DNA from: Vicinamibacterales bacterium | Lineage (GTDB): Bacteria; Acidobacteriota; Vicinamibacteria; Vicinamibacterales; CAVVIG01 | Assembly: GCA_035939575.1 (NCBI GenBank) | Contig: DASZFS010000049.1 | Span: 1,518-65,517, forward strand | Direction of reading: 5' to 3' | Length of the DNA stretch: 64,000 bases | Shown: positions 34,609 through 43,230 of the stretch, piece by piece | How positions within the stretch are numbered: the stretch's first letter is position 1 | How the letters are laid out: each line of letters begins with the position of its first letter | Translations under genes and position numbers: made by a program | The notes under the pieces: generated by a model | The model's database searches: none | The model's input: the letters and a program-made list of their open reading frames with translations, nothing else | Told to the model about the DNA's origin: nothing

Positions 34609-35225
34609 CAGTAGGCTCCCGTGCGTTTGATGACCGCGCCGGTCGGGCTGTACTCGTCGCCGCGCAGCTTCCGAATCTGCCGGGCGAGCTCGGTGCGTCC
34701 GCGGTTGATGCGCGACTTGACGGTGCCCTCGGGCAGGCGCAACCGGTCCGCGATCTCCTGGTATGACAGCTCCTGAATGTCGCGCAGGAGCACGGCCGTC
34801 CGCAGCGTCTCGGGCAGCGCCGCCAGCGCCTGCCGGAGCAGGAGGACGCGGTCGCGCTGCTCGAGCGCCGCCACCGGGCCGGCTTCGGCGGCGGCCGGCG
34901 CCAGTTCGCCGGCGTCGACGTCGCGGTCGATGGTCTCGCGCTCCTTGCGGACGCTGCGGTAGTGATCGATGCACAGGTTGCGGCTGATGCTGATCAGCCA
35001 CGTCTGAAAGTTCGCGCGCCGGTCGAAGGTGTCGAGCGACTTGAAGATCTTCAGGAAGATATCCTGCGTGAGGTCTTCTGCCTCGTCGTGTTTGCCGACG
35101 AACTTGTAAGCGACGTTGAACACCTTGCGCCAGTACTGCCTGACGATCTGCTCCCAGGCGAGCTGATCGCCGGTGAGACAGCGTTGAATGAGCGACTCGA
35201 TGACGTCCGGCGAATCCGACGGCAT
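34608..35225 (-). CDS. ECF-type sigma-70 family sigma factor
   Basis: Region 2 (EDLTQDIFLKIFKSLDTFDRRANFQTWLISISRNLCIDHYR) and region 4 (SYQEIADRLRLPEGTVKSRINRGRTELA) are present. ATG 35225 is preferred over GTG 35252. Confidence 0.85.
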   Translation of the reverse strand: MPSDSPDVIESLIQRCLTGDQLAWEQIVRQYWRKVFNVAYKFVGKHDEAEDLTQDIFLKIFKSLDTFDRRANFQTWLISISRNLCIDHYRSVRKERETIDRDVDAGELAPAAAEAGPVAALEQRDRVLLLRQALAALPETLRTAVLLRDIQELSYQEIADRLRLPEGTVKSRINRGRTELARQIRKLRGDEYSPTGAVIKRTGAY

Positions 35226-35253
35226 GAAGGATTGAGTAGAATAGCGTATCACG

Positions 35254-36504
35254 TTGCTACACGCATCAGGCTTCTGGCGAAGATCTCACGAGCTCGTCTG
35301 CGACGGCGTGCCCCTGGCGCCAATCGCCGCGGCGGAGGGCACGCCGCTGTATGTCTACAGCGCGGAGCTGCTCCGCGAGCGCTATCGCGATCTCGATGCT
35401 GCGTTCGCGGGCTATCCACACGCGATTCACTACGCGCTCAAGGCGAACTCCACGCTCGCCCTGGCGCGCGTGCTTCGCGCGCTCGGCAGCGCCGCCGACG
35501 CGAACTCGGTGTGGGAGATCGAGGTCGCCCGCCGCGCGGGATTCGCGCCACACGAGATCGTCTTCACCGGCGTCGGCAAGTCGCCCGCCGAGCTCGAGTG
35601 CGCGCTCGCCATGGACGTGAAGGCGATCAACGTCGAATCGGCCGGCGAGCTGGCGCGCGTCGAGGCCATTGCCGCCCGGATGCATCGCGTGGCCCGCGTG
35701 GCGGTCCGTGTGAACCCGGACATCGACGCACGGAGCCATCCCCATATCTCCACGGGCCTCAAGATCAACAAGTTCGGCGTGCCGCTCGAGACGGCGCGGG
35801 CGCTCGTCGCATCGGTGGCGGATCGTCCGGCGTTGAACCTGGTTGCGATCCACGTGCATGTGGGATCGCAAGTGACCAGCCTGGAACCGCTCCGCCGCGC
35901 TGCCGCGTTCGCCGCGACGCTGAGCCGCGAGCTCGCCGACCGTGGCGCGGCGCTCGAGTACATCGACCTGGGCGGCGGCCTGGGCGTCTCCTACGACGGA
36001 TCGCCGGTCCCGACGCCGGCCGAGTACGTCAGGGCGCTGATAGACGAAGTCCGGGCCACCTCGCTGCCGATCGTGCTCGAGCCCGGCCGAACGCTGGTGG
36101 CTCCGGCGGGCGTGCTGCTGGCGCGGGTCGTGGACGTGAAGCCGCGAAACGGGGTGAGCGACTTCGCGATCCTCGACGCCGGCATGACCGAGCTGATGCG
36201 CCCCGCCTTGTACGGCGCCTATCACGAGATCGAGCCGGTGGCGCCACGTGCCGGTGCGGCGCGGCAGTACGAGATCGTCGGCCCGGTCTGCGAGAGCAGC
36301 GACGTGCTGGGCCGCGACCGCACGCTCGCGCCGCTCGAAGTCGGGGATCTGCTGGCGATCCGCGACGCCGGCGCCTATGGTGCGGCGATGGCGTCCAACT
36401 ACAACCGTCGACCGCTGCCGGCGGAAGTGCTGGTGGACGCGGGCGCCTGGCGCGTGATCCGTCGCCGGCAGACCGTCGACGACATGCTCGAGTTGGAGTC
36501 ATGA
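35254..36504 (+). CDS. lysA: diaminopimelate decarboxylase
   Basis: GTPLYVYS, the PLP-Lys context YALKANS, HVHVGSQ, DLGGGLG, EPGR and CESSD motifs are present. TTG start as listed. Confidence 0.93.
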   Translation: MLHASGFWRRSHELVCDGVPLAPIAAAEGTPLYVYSAELLRERYRDLDAAFAGYPHAIHYALKANSTLALARVLRALGSAADANSVWEIEVARRAGFAPHEIVFTGVGKSPAELECALAMDVKAINVESAGELARVEAIAARMHRVARVAVRVNPDIDARSHPHISTGLKINKFGVPLETARALVASVADRPALNLVAIHVHVGSQVTSLEPLRRAAAFAATLSRELADRGAALEYIDLGGGLGVSYDGSPVPTPAEYVRALIDEVRATSLPIVLEPGRTLVAPAGVLLARVVDVKPRNGVSDFAILDAGMTELMRPALYGAYHEIEPVAPRAGAARQYEIVGPVCESSDVLGRDRTLAPLEVGDLLAIRDAGAYGAAMASNYNRRPLPAEVLVDAGAWRVIRRRQTVDDMLELES

Positions 36505-36526
36505 GCTCGACGAGCTCGACGAGCTC
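36503..36526. repeat. 9-nt tandem repeat (GAGCTCGAC x2.7)
   Basis: Read directly. It starts within the lysA stop codon and lies in the 37-nt lysA-tmk spacer. Each unit carries a GAGCTC palindrome. Confidence 0.9.
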
Positions 36527-36541
36527 CAAGGGGCCGGTCGA

Positions 36542-37132
36542 GTGATGAGCGCAGGCATGCTCATCGCGTTCGAGGGCCTGGACCAGAGCGGCAAGCAGAC
36601 GCAAGCCGAGCGGCTCCGCGACGCCTTGAAGGCGGAAGGACACCGATCGCGGCTGGTGTCGTTTCCCGACTACGGTACGTCAATCGGCGAAGAGATCGCC
36701 CGCGCGCTGCAGGGAGAGCGCGAGTACGGCGCCGACGTGATGCAGTTCCTGTACGTCGCCAACCGCTACGAGCGCAAGCCGGACCTCCAACGGTGGCTCG
36801 ATGGCGGTCTGATTCTCGTGTGCGACCGGTACATGGCGTCGAGCATTGCCTACGGCGAGGCGTGCGGCCTGGATCCCGCCTGGCTGGCGGAGATGCAGAA
36901 GTTCCTGCCTGCGCCGGCCCTCACGATACTGCTCGACATCGCCCCGGAGACCGCGGTCACGCGGAAGGCGGTCGACCGTGATCGATACGAGCGCGATCTC
37001 GCGATGCAGGCGCGCGTCCGCGAGAGCTACCACCGGCAGGCGCAGGCGGGGGGCTGGACTGTGCTCGACGGCGAGCGGACGAAAGACGCGATCGCAGCCG
37101 ACGTCTTCGCCGCCGCCACCCGTATCCTCTAG
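36542..37132 (+). CDS. tmk: dTMP (thymidylate) kinase
   Basis: P-loop FEGLDQSGKQTQ, DRY motif (VCDRYMASSIAYG) and a lid region. 196 aa. Confidence 0.8.
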   Translation: MMSAGMLIAFEGLDQSGKQTQAERLRDALKAEGHRSRLVSFPDYGTSIGEEIARALQGEREYGADVMQFLYVANRYERKPDLQRWLDGGLILVCDRYMASSIAYGEACGLDPAWLAEMQKFLPAPALTILLDIAPETAVTRKAVDRDRYERDLAMQARVRESYHRQAQAGGWTVLDGERTKDAIAADVFAAATRIL

Positions 37133-37168
37133 GCCACCCGACCTCCGCCTCTGATACCCTGACCGCGC

Positions 37169-38554
37169 ATGGACGCGACGCAATTCGCCGCAATCTGGAT
37201 CGGCGTCACGCTGATCGGCGCCGGGGCGCTGGCGGTGGCTGCCTGGGTGCTGCGGGGGCGGCGCGACGGTCTGGTCCTGCTGTCGCTCGGCGCCTGCTGC
37301 GTGCTGTACGGCCTTCGATTGCTCGCATTTCAGCCGCCGGTTCGGGCCGCGCTCGGCGGCAACCTGCGGGGCTGGCGGTACTTTCTCCAGTTTGCGACGT
37401 ACGCCATCAACGTGCCCGCGATGCTGTTCTTCGTCGGCGTGCTCGGAGCCGGCTGGCGGCGTACGCTGCACGGGGTCGTCGCCGGCCAGGCCTTGTACGC
37501 CGCGGCGGCGATCGCCATCGATCTGGCCGCCGGGCGTCCTGGCGCGGCGAACGGACCGAACAGCGCGATCGTGCTCCTCGGCTTTGCAATCGGTGTCGCG
37601 AATTTCGTCTATCGCTACCGCCGGGGCCAGCGGAGCACGCTCTTGACCGATCCGGTCGTGATGGTCGGCGCGGTGGTGTTCCTGATCTTCGTCGCCAACG
37701 AGAACCTGGGGCCCCTGGTCGCCCCGGATCTCAATCTGGAACCGCTGGGTGTGTTGGTGTTCATGCTGTGTCTGGGGTACGCGGTCGTTCGATCGGTCGT
37801 CCGGAACGAGGCGGAATTCGTGAGCGTGCAGCGTGAGCTCGACACCGCCCGGCGCATTCAATCGTCGCTGCTTCCGCGGAACATGCCGTCGGTTGCCGGC
37901 ATCGACCTGGCCGTGCGCTATGTACCCATGACGGCCGTCGCGGGCGATTTCTACGATGTCATTCAGGTGGGTCCCACCGCCGTCGGCGTGCTGGTCGCTG
38001 ACGTGTCCGGCCACGGCATTCCGGCGGCCCTCGTCGCATCGATGGTGAAGGTCGCGTTTGGGGCGCAGTCAGCCCACGCGGCCGATCCCGCGGCCGTCCT
38101 CTCATCGATGAATCGGATTCTCTGTCGTCATCTCGAGCATGCGTACGTGACGGCCGTGTATGCGGTCATCGATGCCGCCGGGCGCGGGATCACGCTCGCG
38201 CGCGCCGGGCATCCGCCGCCGCTCCTCCAGCGCGTCGGGGAGCCGATTCAGAGGATCGACGATGCCGGCGGTCTGATTCTCGGCTTCGTTCAGGAGGCCG
38301 GCTACACCAACACGTGCATTCACGGACTCCGGAGCGGCGATCGATTGCTCCTGTACACCGACGGTGTTCTCGAAGCACGCGATCGCACGGGGCAGTTCTT
38401 CGACGAGGAACGGACGGCTCGCTGGCTGTCCACGAATCAGGGATCGAGTGCCGACGAGGTTGCTCAGGCCGCGCTGGTGGATCTCACGCGGTGGAGCGGC
38501 GCCGCCCGGTTCGACGACGACGTGACGTTCGTGCTGGTCGAAACCACAGGGTAG
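37169..38554 (+). CDS. membrane-anchored SpoIIE/PP2C-family (RsbU-like) serine phosphatase
   Basis: About 7 N-terminal hydrophobic spans. These are followed by ARRIQSSLLP, GDFYDV, VADVSGHGIPAAL, LLLYTDGV and DDVTFVLV, which are typical SpoIIE-domain motifs. Confidence 0.85.
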   Translation: MDATQFAAIWIGVTLIGAGALAVAAWVLRGRRDGLVLLSLGACCVLYGLRLLAFQPPVRAALGGNLRGWRYFLQFATYAINVPAMLFFVGVLGAGWRRTLHGVVAGQALYAAAAIAIDLAAGRPGAANGPNSAIVLLGFAIGVANFVYRYRRGQRSTLLTDPVVMVGAVVFLIFVANENLGPLVAPDLNLEPLGVLVFMLCLGYAVVRSVVRNEAEFVSVQRELDTARRIQSSLLPRNMPSVAGIDLAVRYVPMTAVAGDFYDVIQVGPTAVGVLVADVSGHGIPAALVASMVKVAFGAQSAHAADPAAVLSSMNRILCRHLEHAYVTAVYAVIDAAGRGITLARAGHPPPLLQRVGEPIQRIDDAGGLILGFVQEAGYTNTCIHGLRSGDRLLLYTDGVLEARDRTGQFFDEERTARWLSTNQGSSADEVAQAALVDLTRWSGAARFDDDVTFVLVETTG

Positions 38555-38572
38555 TGGCTCGTCCGCGACACG

Positions 38573-38953
38573 TCAGCCGGCGGGCGACACCTCGACGCGC
38601 TCCGCGTTGCCCCACAGGCGTTCCAGGCTGTAGAACATCCGCGTCTCCGGCGCGAAGACGTGCACGATGAAATCGAAATAGTCGAGCAGGATCCATTCCG
38701 CGCGCTTGTAGCCCTCGACGTGGGCGGGTTTGACTCCTTCGACCGCCAGCGCCTCGGTCACCGCGTCGGCGATCGCGCGCACCTGCCGCGGATTCGTCCC
38801 GGAGCAGACCACGAAGTAGTCGGTGAATCCCGCCGCGGATCGAAGGTCGAGGACGACGAGTTCCTCGGCTTTTTTGTCTTCAGCCGCGCGGACCGCGCGG
38901 TCGATCTGAGCGGGGAGGCGGCCTGTTTTCCTGCGCTTGTCAGTCTTGGCCAT
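38573..38953 (-). CDS. rsfS: ribosome silencing factor
   Basis: Iojap/RsfS pattern: VVLDLRSAAGFTDYFVVCSGTNPRQVRAIAD...WILLDYFDFIVHVF. Confidence 0.9.
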   Translation of the reverse strand: MAKTDKRRKTGRLPAQIDRAVRAAEDKKAEELVVLDLRSAAGFTDYFVVCSGTNPRQVRAIADAVTEALAVEGVKPAHVEGYKRAEWILLDYFDFIVHVFAPETRMFYSLERLWGNAERVEVSPAG

Positions 38954-39659
38954 GCAACCTGCCTGCCTGGGTCGTCTCGGCCGCGTCCGACCCTCGTCGT
39001 CCGGGCGTCATCGAGGTGTAGAGACCATGCTGCTCAATATGCTGCTCGACGGTCGACGGCACGAGCCCGGCGATCGATTGTCCCGCCTCGCAGCGCTGCC
39101 GGATCGCCGTGGATGACACGTCGGCGGTCGGCGCGTCGACCAGGATGATCAGCGGCTCGATTTGCGAGATCGCATCGACGGGTGGACGAACCATGCGGTC
39201 GGCGAGGCGCGGGAGGCTTCGAGGCAGCGAATCCACCGGCGAGCCCGGACGCGAGACGACGACGAAATGCGCGTCGTTGAAGAAGTTCGGAAAGTCGCGC
39301 CAGCTCCGGATGTCGGCGAAGGCGTCGGCGCCCAGCACGAAAAACAGCTCGCACGGCGCGTAGCCACGCTCGAGGAATCTCTTGAGCGTCACCGATGTGT
39401 ACGACGGCGCGGGTGTCCGCAGCTCGAGGTCGGTGGCTCTCCAGCGCTCGCGTCCGCGGACCGCCATGGACACCATGGCGAAGCGGTGGAAGGCCGAGGC
39501 GAACGGCTCGCGTCGATGCGGGGGGACATGCGCCGTGACAACGAACAGGCGCTGCAGGTCCAACGCCTGCACGGCGGCGTCGCCGATGTCGAGGTGCCCG
39601 TTGTGGACCGGATCGAATGTGCCACCGAGGATGCCGATGCGCCGAGGGTTGGGGCGCAC
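38940..39659 (-). CDS. nadD: nicotinate-nucleotide adenylyltransferase
   Basis: GTG 39659 gives VRPNPRRIGILGGTFDPVHNGHL (the HxGH motif). ISSTAIR-like VSSTAIRQR is near the C-terminus. The upstream part of ORF 38940..39917 overlaps obg and is not real. Confidence 0.88.
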   Translation of the reverse strand: MRPNPRRIGILGGTFDPVHNGHLDIGDAAVQALDLQRLFVVTAHVPPHRREPFASAFHRFAMVSMAVRGRERWRATDLELRTPAPSYTSVTLKRFLERGYAPCELFFVLGADAFADIRSWRDFPNFFNDAHFVVVSRPGSPVDSLPRSLPRLADRMVRPPVDAISQIEPLIILVDAPTADVSSTAIRQRCEAGQSIAGLVPSTVEQHIEQHGLYTSMTPGRRGSDAAETTQAGRLHGQD

Positions 39660-39663
39660 GCGA

Positions 39664-40698
39664 TCAGGCCGCCGATTGACGCGCCGCCGCCAGCTGTCGC
39701 CACATCGCCTCCAGCAGCGCGGGCACGCCCATGCCGGTGGCGCCTGAGATCCGGAAAAAGGGCAGCTCGAGCGTCTTTGCGCGCTTCTCGAGCGCCCGAA
39801 TCGCCGGTTCGCCGTCCGGACCGACCGCATCGAGCTTGTTGGCGGCGACGAGTTGGGGCTTGGCTGCGAGGTCCGGGCGAAACAGCGCCAGCTCCTGGCG
39901 CACGGTGTCGAGGTCATCCACCGGGTTGCGTCCGCTCACGCCTGACACGTCCACCAGGTGCACGAGGACTTTGGTTCGCTCGAGGTGCCGCAGGAACTGG
40001 TGGCCGAGGCCCTGTCCGCGATGTGCCCCTTCGATGAGACCCGGAACGTCGGCGACGACGAAGCTTCGATCGTCGCTCAGGCCAACGACGCCCAGGTTCG
40101 GCGTGAGGGTCGTGAACGGATAGTCGGCGATCTTCGGCCGCGCGGCCGAAATGCGTGCAATGAGGGTGGACTTGCCGGCGTTCGGAAAGCCTACCAGCCC
40201 GACGTCCGCGAGCAGCTTGAGCTCGAGGCGGAGGTCTTTGATCTCACCTGGCTCCCCCGGCTGTACCTTTCGCGGGGCGCGATTCGTGGACGACGCGAAG
40301 TGCGCGTTGCCGAGGCCGCCGCGTCCGCCCTTGGCCACCAGGACGCGCTGGCCCGGTTCGGCGAGGTCGGCGAGCAGGCGCGCTGGCTGGTCCGGATCGC
40401 CGGTCTTCTCGTAGACGAGCGTGCCGATCGGCACGGCGAGCTCGAGGTCGTCGCCTGTCTGGCCGGTGCGGTTGGAGCCTTCGCCGTGGCGGCCGCGGTC
40501 GGCGGAGAATTCGGGATGAAAGCGGAAGTTGATCAGCGTGTTGATGTGCGGGCTGGCGACGACGAAGACCGAGCCGCCGTGGCCACCATCGCCGCCGCTC
40601 GGCCCGCCGCGCGGGACACGAATCTCGCGCCGGAACGCCAGGCAGCCGCGTCCGCCGTGGCCGGCTTCGACGTGGACGTCGACTTCGTCAACGAACAT
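39664..40698 (-). CDS. obgE: GTPase Obg/CgtA
   Basis: MFVDEV.V.V.AG.GG.G...FRRE, a Gly-rich Obg fold, then G1 [10 protein letters not shown]3 DVPGLIEGA and G4 NKLD. Confidence 0.95.
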   Translation of the reverse strand: MFVDEVDVHVEAGHGGRGCLAFRREIRVPRGGPSGGDGGHGGSVFVVASPHINTLINFRFHPEFSADRGRHGEGSNRTGQTGDDLELAVPIGTLVYEKTGDPDQPARLLADLAEPGQRVLVAKGGRGGLGNAHFASSTNRAPRKVQPGEPGEIKDLRLELKLLADVGLVGFPNAGKSTLIARISAARPKIADYPFTTLTPNLGVVGLSDDRSFVVADVPGLIEGAHRGQGLGHQFLRHLERTKVLVHLVDVSGVSGRNPVDDLDTVRQELALFRPDLAAKPQLVAANKLDAVGPDGEPAIRALEKRAKTLELPFFRISGATGMGVPALLEAMWRQLAAARQSAA

Positions 40699-40700
40699 AA

Positions 40701-40724
40701 GAAATCTGGTCGTTACCAGATTTC
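40701..40724 (-). terminator. perfect 10-bp hairpin between rpmA and obg (attenuator/terminator candidate)
   Basis: GAAATCTGGT-cgtt-ACCAGATTTC. On the minus-strand mRNA it ends 2 nt before the obg ATG and is followed by UUAUGUU. Confidence 0.4.
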
Positions 40725-40734
40725 GTGTGTCTCT

Positions 40735-40992
40735 TCACTCGACCGGCAAGATGCTGATGACGCGGCCCTTGGCGCCGTGATCCTCGAAGCGCACGCGTCC
40801 GTCGAGCTTGGCGAAGATCGTATCGTCCTTGCCGAGACCCGCGTTGAGGCCCGGGCGGAAGCGACGCCCGCGCTGGCGGACGATGATTGTGCCGCCGGTC
40901 ACGACGTTGCCGTCGTGGGCCTTGACACCGAGGCGCTGCGAGTTGGAATCGCGTCCGTTGCGTGAACTGCCTTGTCCTTTTTTGTGAGCCAT
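40735..40992 (-). CDS. rpmA: 50S ribosomal protein L27
   Basis: [24 protein letters not shown]...GTIIVRQRG: canonical L27. Confidence 0.97.
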   Translation of the reverse strand: MAHKKGQGSSRNGRDSNSQRLGVKAHDGNVVTGGTIIVRQRGRRFRPGLNAGLGKDDTIFAKLDGRVRFEDHGAKGRVISILPVE

Positions 40993-41006
40993 CCCAAATC
41001 CCGTCT

Positions 41007-41321
41007 CTATGCGAGGATGTCCATGATGCGCACGCGCGTGTAGACGGCGCGGTGGCCTTTGGTCTTGCGCTGCCCCTTGCGGCGCTTCTTCTTGAAGACG
41101 CGAATCTTGGGCCCGCGGGCTTCGCCTTCGACGATCCCGACGATTCTCGCGTCGGCGACGAACGGTGCGCCGGTCAGGACCTCGCCGCCGTCTTTTTCGA
41201 CGAGCAGCACCTGTTCGAGGGTGACCTGTGCGCCGGGTTCCGCGACGGTGCCCGGCACGAGGGCGTAAGCGCCCTTGGTGACCTTCAATTGATGGCCGCT
41301 GGTCTGGATGATTGCGTACAT
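41007..41321 (-). CDS. rplU: 50S ribosomal protein L21
   Basis: [14 protein letters not shown]...[23 protein letters not shown] 41321 lies inside ORF 41007..41354. Confidence 0.95.
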   Translation of the reverse strand: MYAIIQTSGHQLKVTKGAYALVPGTVAEPGAQVTLEQVLLVEKDGGEVLTGAPFVADARIVGIVEGEARGPKIRVFKKKRRKGQRKTKGHRAVYTRVRIMDILA

Positions 41322-41456
41322 AGTCGGCACCTGTGGAAAAGGGGTAGTGTACAACCGAAGTGGCTCAATTGTAAAGGCTTACGCCTGGGGGGCAGTGCTT
41401 CAGTTTGCAAATCTGTAAGTCGTCTCGCCCGAACGCCGCTATGCGATACTCTCAGT

Positions 41457-41765
41457 ATGCCCAAGCGGTCACGCACGACACCGTTACGACGGTCCGAACA
41501 CCATCCTTCGAAGCAACCGTCCAGAGTCGTGAGCAAAGCTCACCAGCTTGAGCGCGACGAGAACGAAACCGCCTTCGATGTGCTCCAACAAATCATCGCA
41601 CGGACGGAAGGAACAGGCGAGAAGAACCCCTTAGCGGTCGCCCTGGGGCGTCTCGGAGGGCTCAAGGGTGGTCATGCGCGAGCGGCGAAGCTGACGAAAC
41701 GTGAGCGTAGTGAGAGTGCATCTAAGGCCGCTCAAGCCCGATGGAGTCGTCACAAGAAATCCTAG
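41457..41765 (+). CDS. hypothetical small basic protein (102 aa)
   Basis: ATG 41457 lies within ORF 40962..41765, whose 5' part is antisense to rpmA/rplU. The C-terminal NPLAVALGRLGGLKGGHARAAKLTKRERSESASKAAQARW motif is one I have seen in small proteins of mobile elements. No firm family. Confidence 0.45.
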   Translation: MPKRSRTTPLRRSEHHPSKQPSRVVSKAHQLERDENETAFDVLQQIIARTEGTGEKNPLAVALGRLGGLKGGHARAAKLTKRERSESASKAAQARWSRHKKS

Positions 41766-42274
41766 CACTCGCCGGCCGGCTTCGGCATAGCATGTTCGCA
41801 GACCCACGAAAAGAAACGATCCTGATCCACACCACCGGCTTCATCTCCAAGATCCACAAACATTTTCTCGATTTCATCATCTGTCTGGTGAAACTCGTAG
41901 GCATTGAGATCGAGAAACGCAAGCATTGCGATAGCGGCGGTGCGCTTATTGCCATCTAAGAACGGTTGGCCTTCAGCTATTCCGAAGGCGTAGGAAGCAG
42001 CCTTATGAGGAATCGTCGGATAGAGATCATCGCCGCCGAATGTGGCGCGAGGTTGCCCAACGGCCGATGCTAGCCCCTCGTACGAACGAAAGCCCTCACT
42101 GCCTCCACCGACAGCGAGGGCCATCTTGTGATACTCAACGACTTGATCCAACGTTAAGTAGATCGCTCCAAACGCGATGATGTCACCGCTTGGTGAGCCG
42201 CTCAGCAGCAAGATTCTCCAACAGTTTCCTGCGAGTCTGAACGACGCGTTCTCCAGCCGCACGGGCTTCGTCAT
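41762..42274 (-). CDS. doc: Fic/Doc-family death-on-curing toxin homologue with Gln in place of the motif His
   Basis: The motif reads GQPFLDGNKRTA (expected HxFxDGNKR) and LEsA-like GLASAVGQP is present. The gene lies immediately downstream of an AbrB-type antitoxin gene. Start uncertain: the ORF start 42274 overlaps the antitoxin by 92 nt, and in-frame TTG 42151 is an alternative. Confidence 0.75.
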   Translation of the reverse strand: MTKPVRLENASFRLAGNCWRILLLSGSPSGDIIAFGAIYLTLDQVVEYHKMALAVGGGSEGFRSYEGLASAVGQPRATFGGDDLYPTIPHKAASYAFGIAEGQPFLDGNKRTAAIAMLAFLDLNAYEFHQTDDEIEKMFVDLGDEAGGVDQDRFFSWVCEHAMPKPAGEC

Positions 42275-42431
42275 CCTTCGCTACTCGATGCGGTGTAAGG
42301 ATCAACTGCTCCCCATGCGGGGTGAGTTCGACTTCCGTCCCAATCTCCCATCCCAGTTGCTTCATGACGGCTTGGTCGATGGTCAAACCCGCAGAGTTGC
42401 CGACGCGGGTTACACGTTTCACTAAGGCCAT
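42183..42431 (-). CDS. AbrB/MazE/SpoVT-type antitoxin
   Basis: MALVKRVTRVGNSAGLTIDQAVMKQLGWEIGTEVELTPHGEQLILTP is a swapped-hairpin AbrB-like fold signature. GGGAGG lies 5 nt upstream of the ATG. Confidence 0.8.
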   Translation of the reverse strand: MALVKRVTRVGNSAGLTIDQAVMKQLGWEIGTEVELTPHGEQLILTPHRVAKDDEARAAGERVVQTRRKLLENLAAERLTKR

Positions 42432-42453
42432 TGGCCACCTCCCACACCGCTCA

Positions 42454-42604
42454 GGTTATAACATCGTCATAACCCAAGCGAATATAGCTAGTTGCGGAAA
42501 TTAGCGCCTCGCTAGATAAATTAGCTATTAGCTAATGCGAGATTAGCCCTTGTGGTAGTCGCCAACTGATCGTATATTGATCATCCTAAAGGAGATTAGC
42601 CCTT
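42454..42604. promoter_or_regulatory. cluster of operator-like repeats in the divergent antitoxin / orphan-gene intergenic region
   Basis: Repeats seen: IR GGTTAT-N9-ATAACC (42454-42474, overlapping a TATAAC -10 for the antitoxin); AAATTAGC at 42498 and 42518; perfect palindrome ATTAGCTAAT (42527-42536); 13-nt direct repeat GAGATTAGCCCTT at 42539-42551 and 42592-42604; IR TGATC-N7-GATCA (42567-42583). Confidence 0.5.
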
Positions 42605-43077
42605 TGCCCATTTTCCGCGTCGTGATCAATGGCCGTGAAGTTACGGCCGAAAGTCTCGATGATCTCGAAGCTCTGCTAGACCGTTTTCCAGGCACGCATT
42701 CGACGCCTGCAGAAACCCATTCACCGTCGCATCGGGCCGGAAAGGCGCATCCAGACGGCCCTTGGCCTGCGTCTCGATTTAAAGATTTTATCGGCCGACT
42801 GACCGATTCTCAGCGACGAATGCTCCAAGAACTAGTCAAGAGCCAACATGGAAAGACCGCACGCGACTTGGCGCAGATCCTTGGATTTCGGGACGCCAAG
42901 GTCTTCGGTCCTGTCATGGCCGCAATGTCCAAGCACGCCAAGAAAACAGGAGTTCGCATCCAAGACGTGTTGACGACGGAGCGCATAGATGTTGGCGATC
43001 ACGAGAAGGCCACGTTGTTTAAGGCCGCAGATTCGTTTGCTCGGGCAGCCGGAGAGGCTGGTTGGCCTCGGAGCTAA
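42604..43077 (+). CDS. hypothetical protein with possible winged-helix segment
   Basis: TTG 42604 is preceded by AAGGAG at 9 nt; the ORF track starts at TTG 42577. The central LTDSQRRMLQELVKSQHGKTARDLAQILGF looks HTH-like. No family recognised. Confidence 0.45.
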   Translation: MPIFRVVINGREVTAESLDDLEALLDRFPGTHSTPAETHSPSHRAGKAHPDGPWPASRFKDFIGRLTDSQRRMLQELVKSQHGKTARDLAQILGFRDAKVFGPVMAAMSKHAKKTGVRIQDVLTTERIDVGDHEKATLFKAADSFARAAGEAGWPRS

Positions 43078-43157
43078 AAGGAGGCAAATCTATGCACATT
43101 CTGAGAGTAGCCCGTCCCTGTCTCCTGGCCCACCGGGAGTCCGGGGAGATAGACGAA

Positions 43158-43197
43158 GGGCCGTCCCTCCTACCCTAAGCAAGTAAAGGGACGGCCC
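43158..43197. repeat. perfect 11-bp inverted repeat GGGCCGTCCCT-N18-AGGGACGGCCC
   Basis: Read directly. A third partial copy (CCCGTCCCT) lies about 50 nt upstream. A second small hairpin CCTCAC-tttc-GTGAGG followed by TTTCC is at 43207-43226. Possible terminator or IS-end remnant. Confidence 0.6.
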
Positions 43198-43230
43198 ATA
43201 GGTGGGCCTCACTTTCGTGAGGTTTCCTAG

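Noticed and set aside
35226-35253. Only ~28 nt separate the divergent starts of the ECF sigma gene and lysA
   Set aside because: This may simply reflect uncertain start codons (GTG 35252 versus ATG 35225; TTG 35254) or promoters embedded in the neighbouring coding regions. A TATTCT box at 35238-35243 hints at a near-leaderless sigma mRNA, but that is too speculative to report as a feature.
40962-41456. 5' two-thirds of plus-strand ORF 40962..41765
   Set aside because: It is antisense to rpmA and rplU. Only the part from ATG 41457 lies in free intergenic or low-GC sequence and is kept as a candidate gene.
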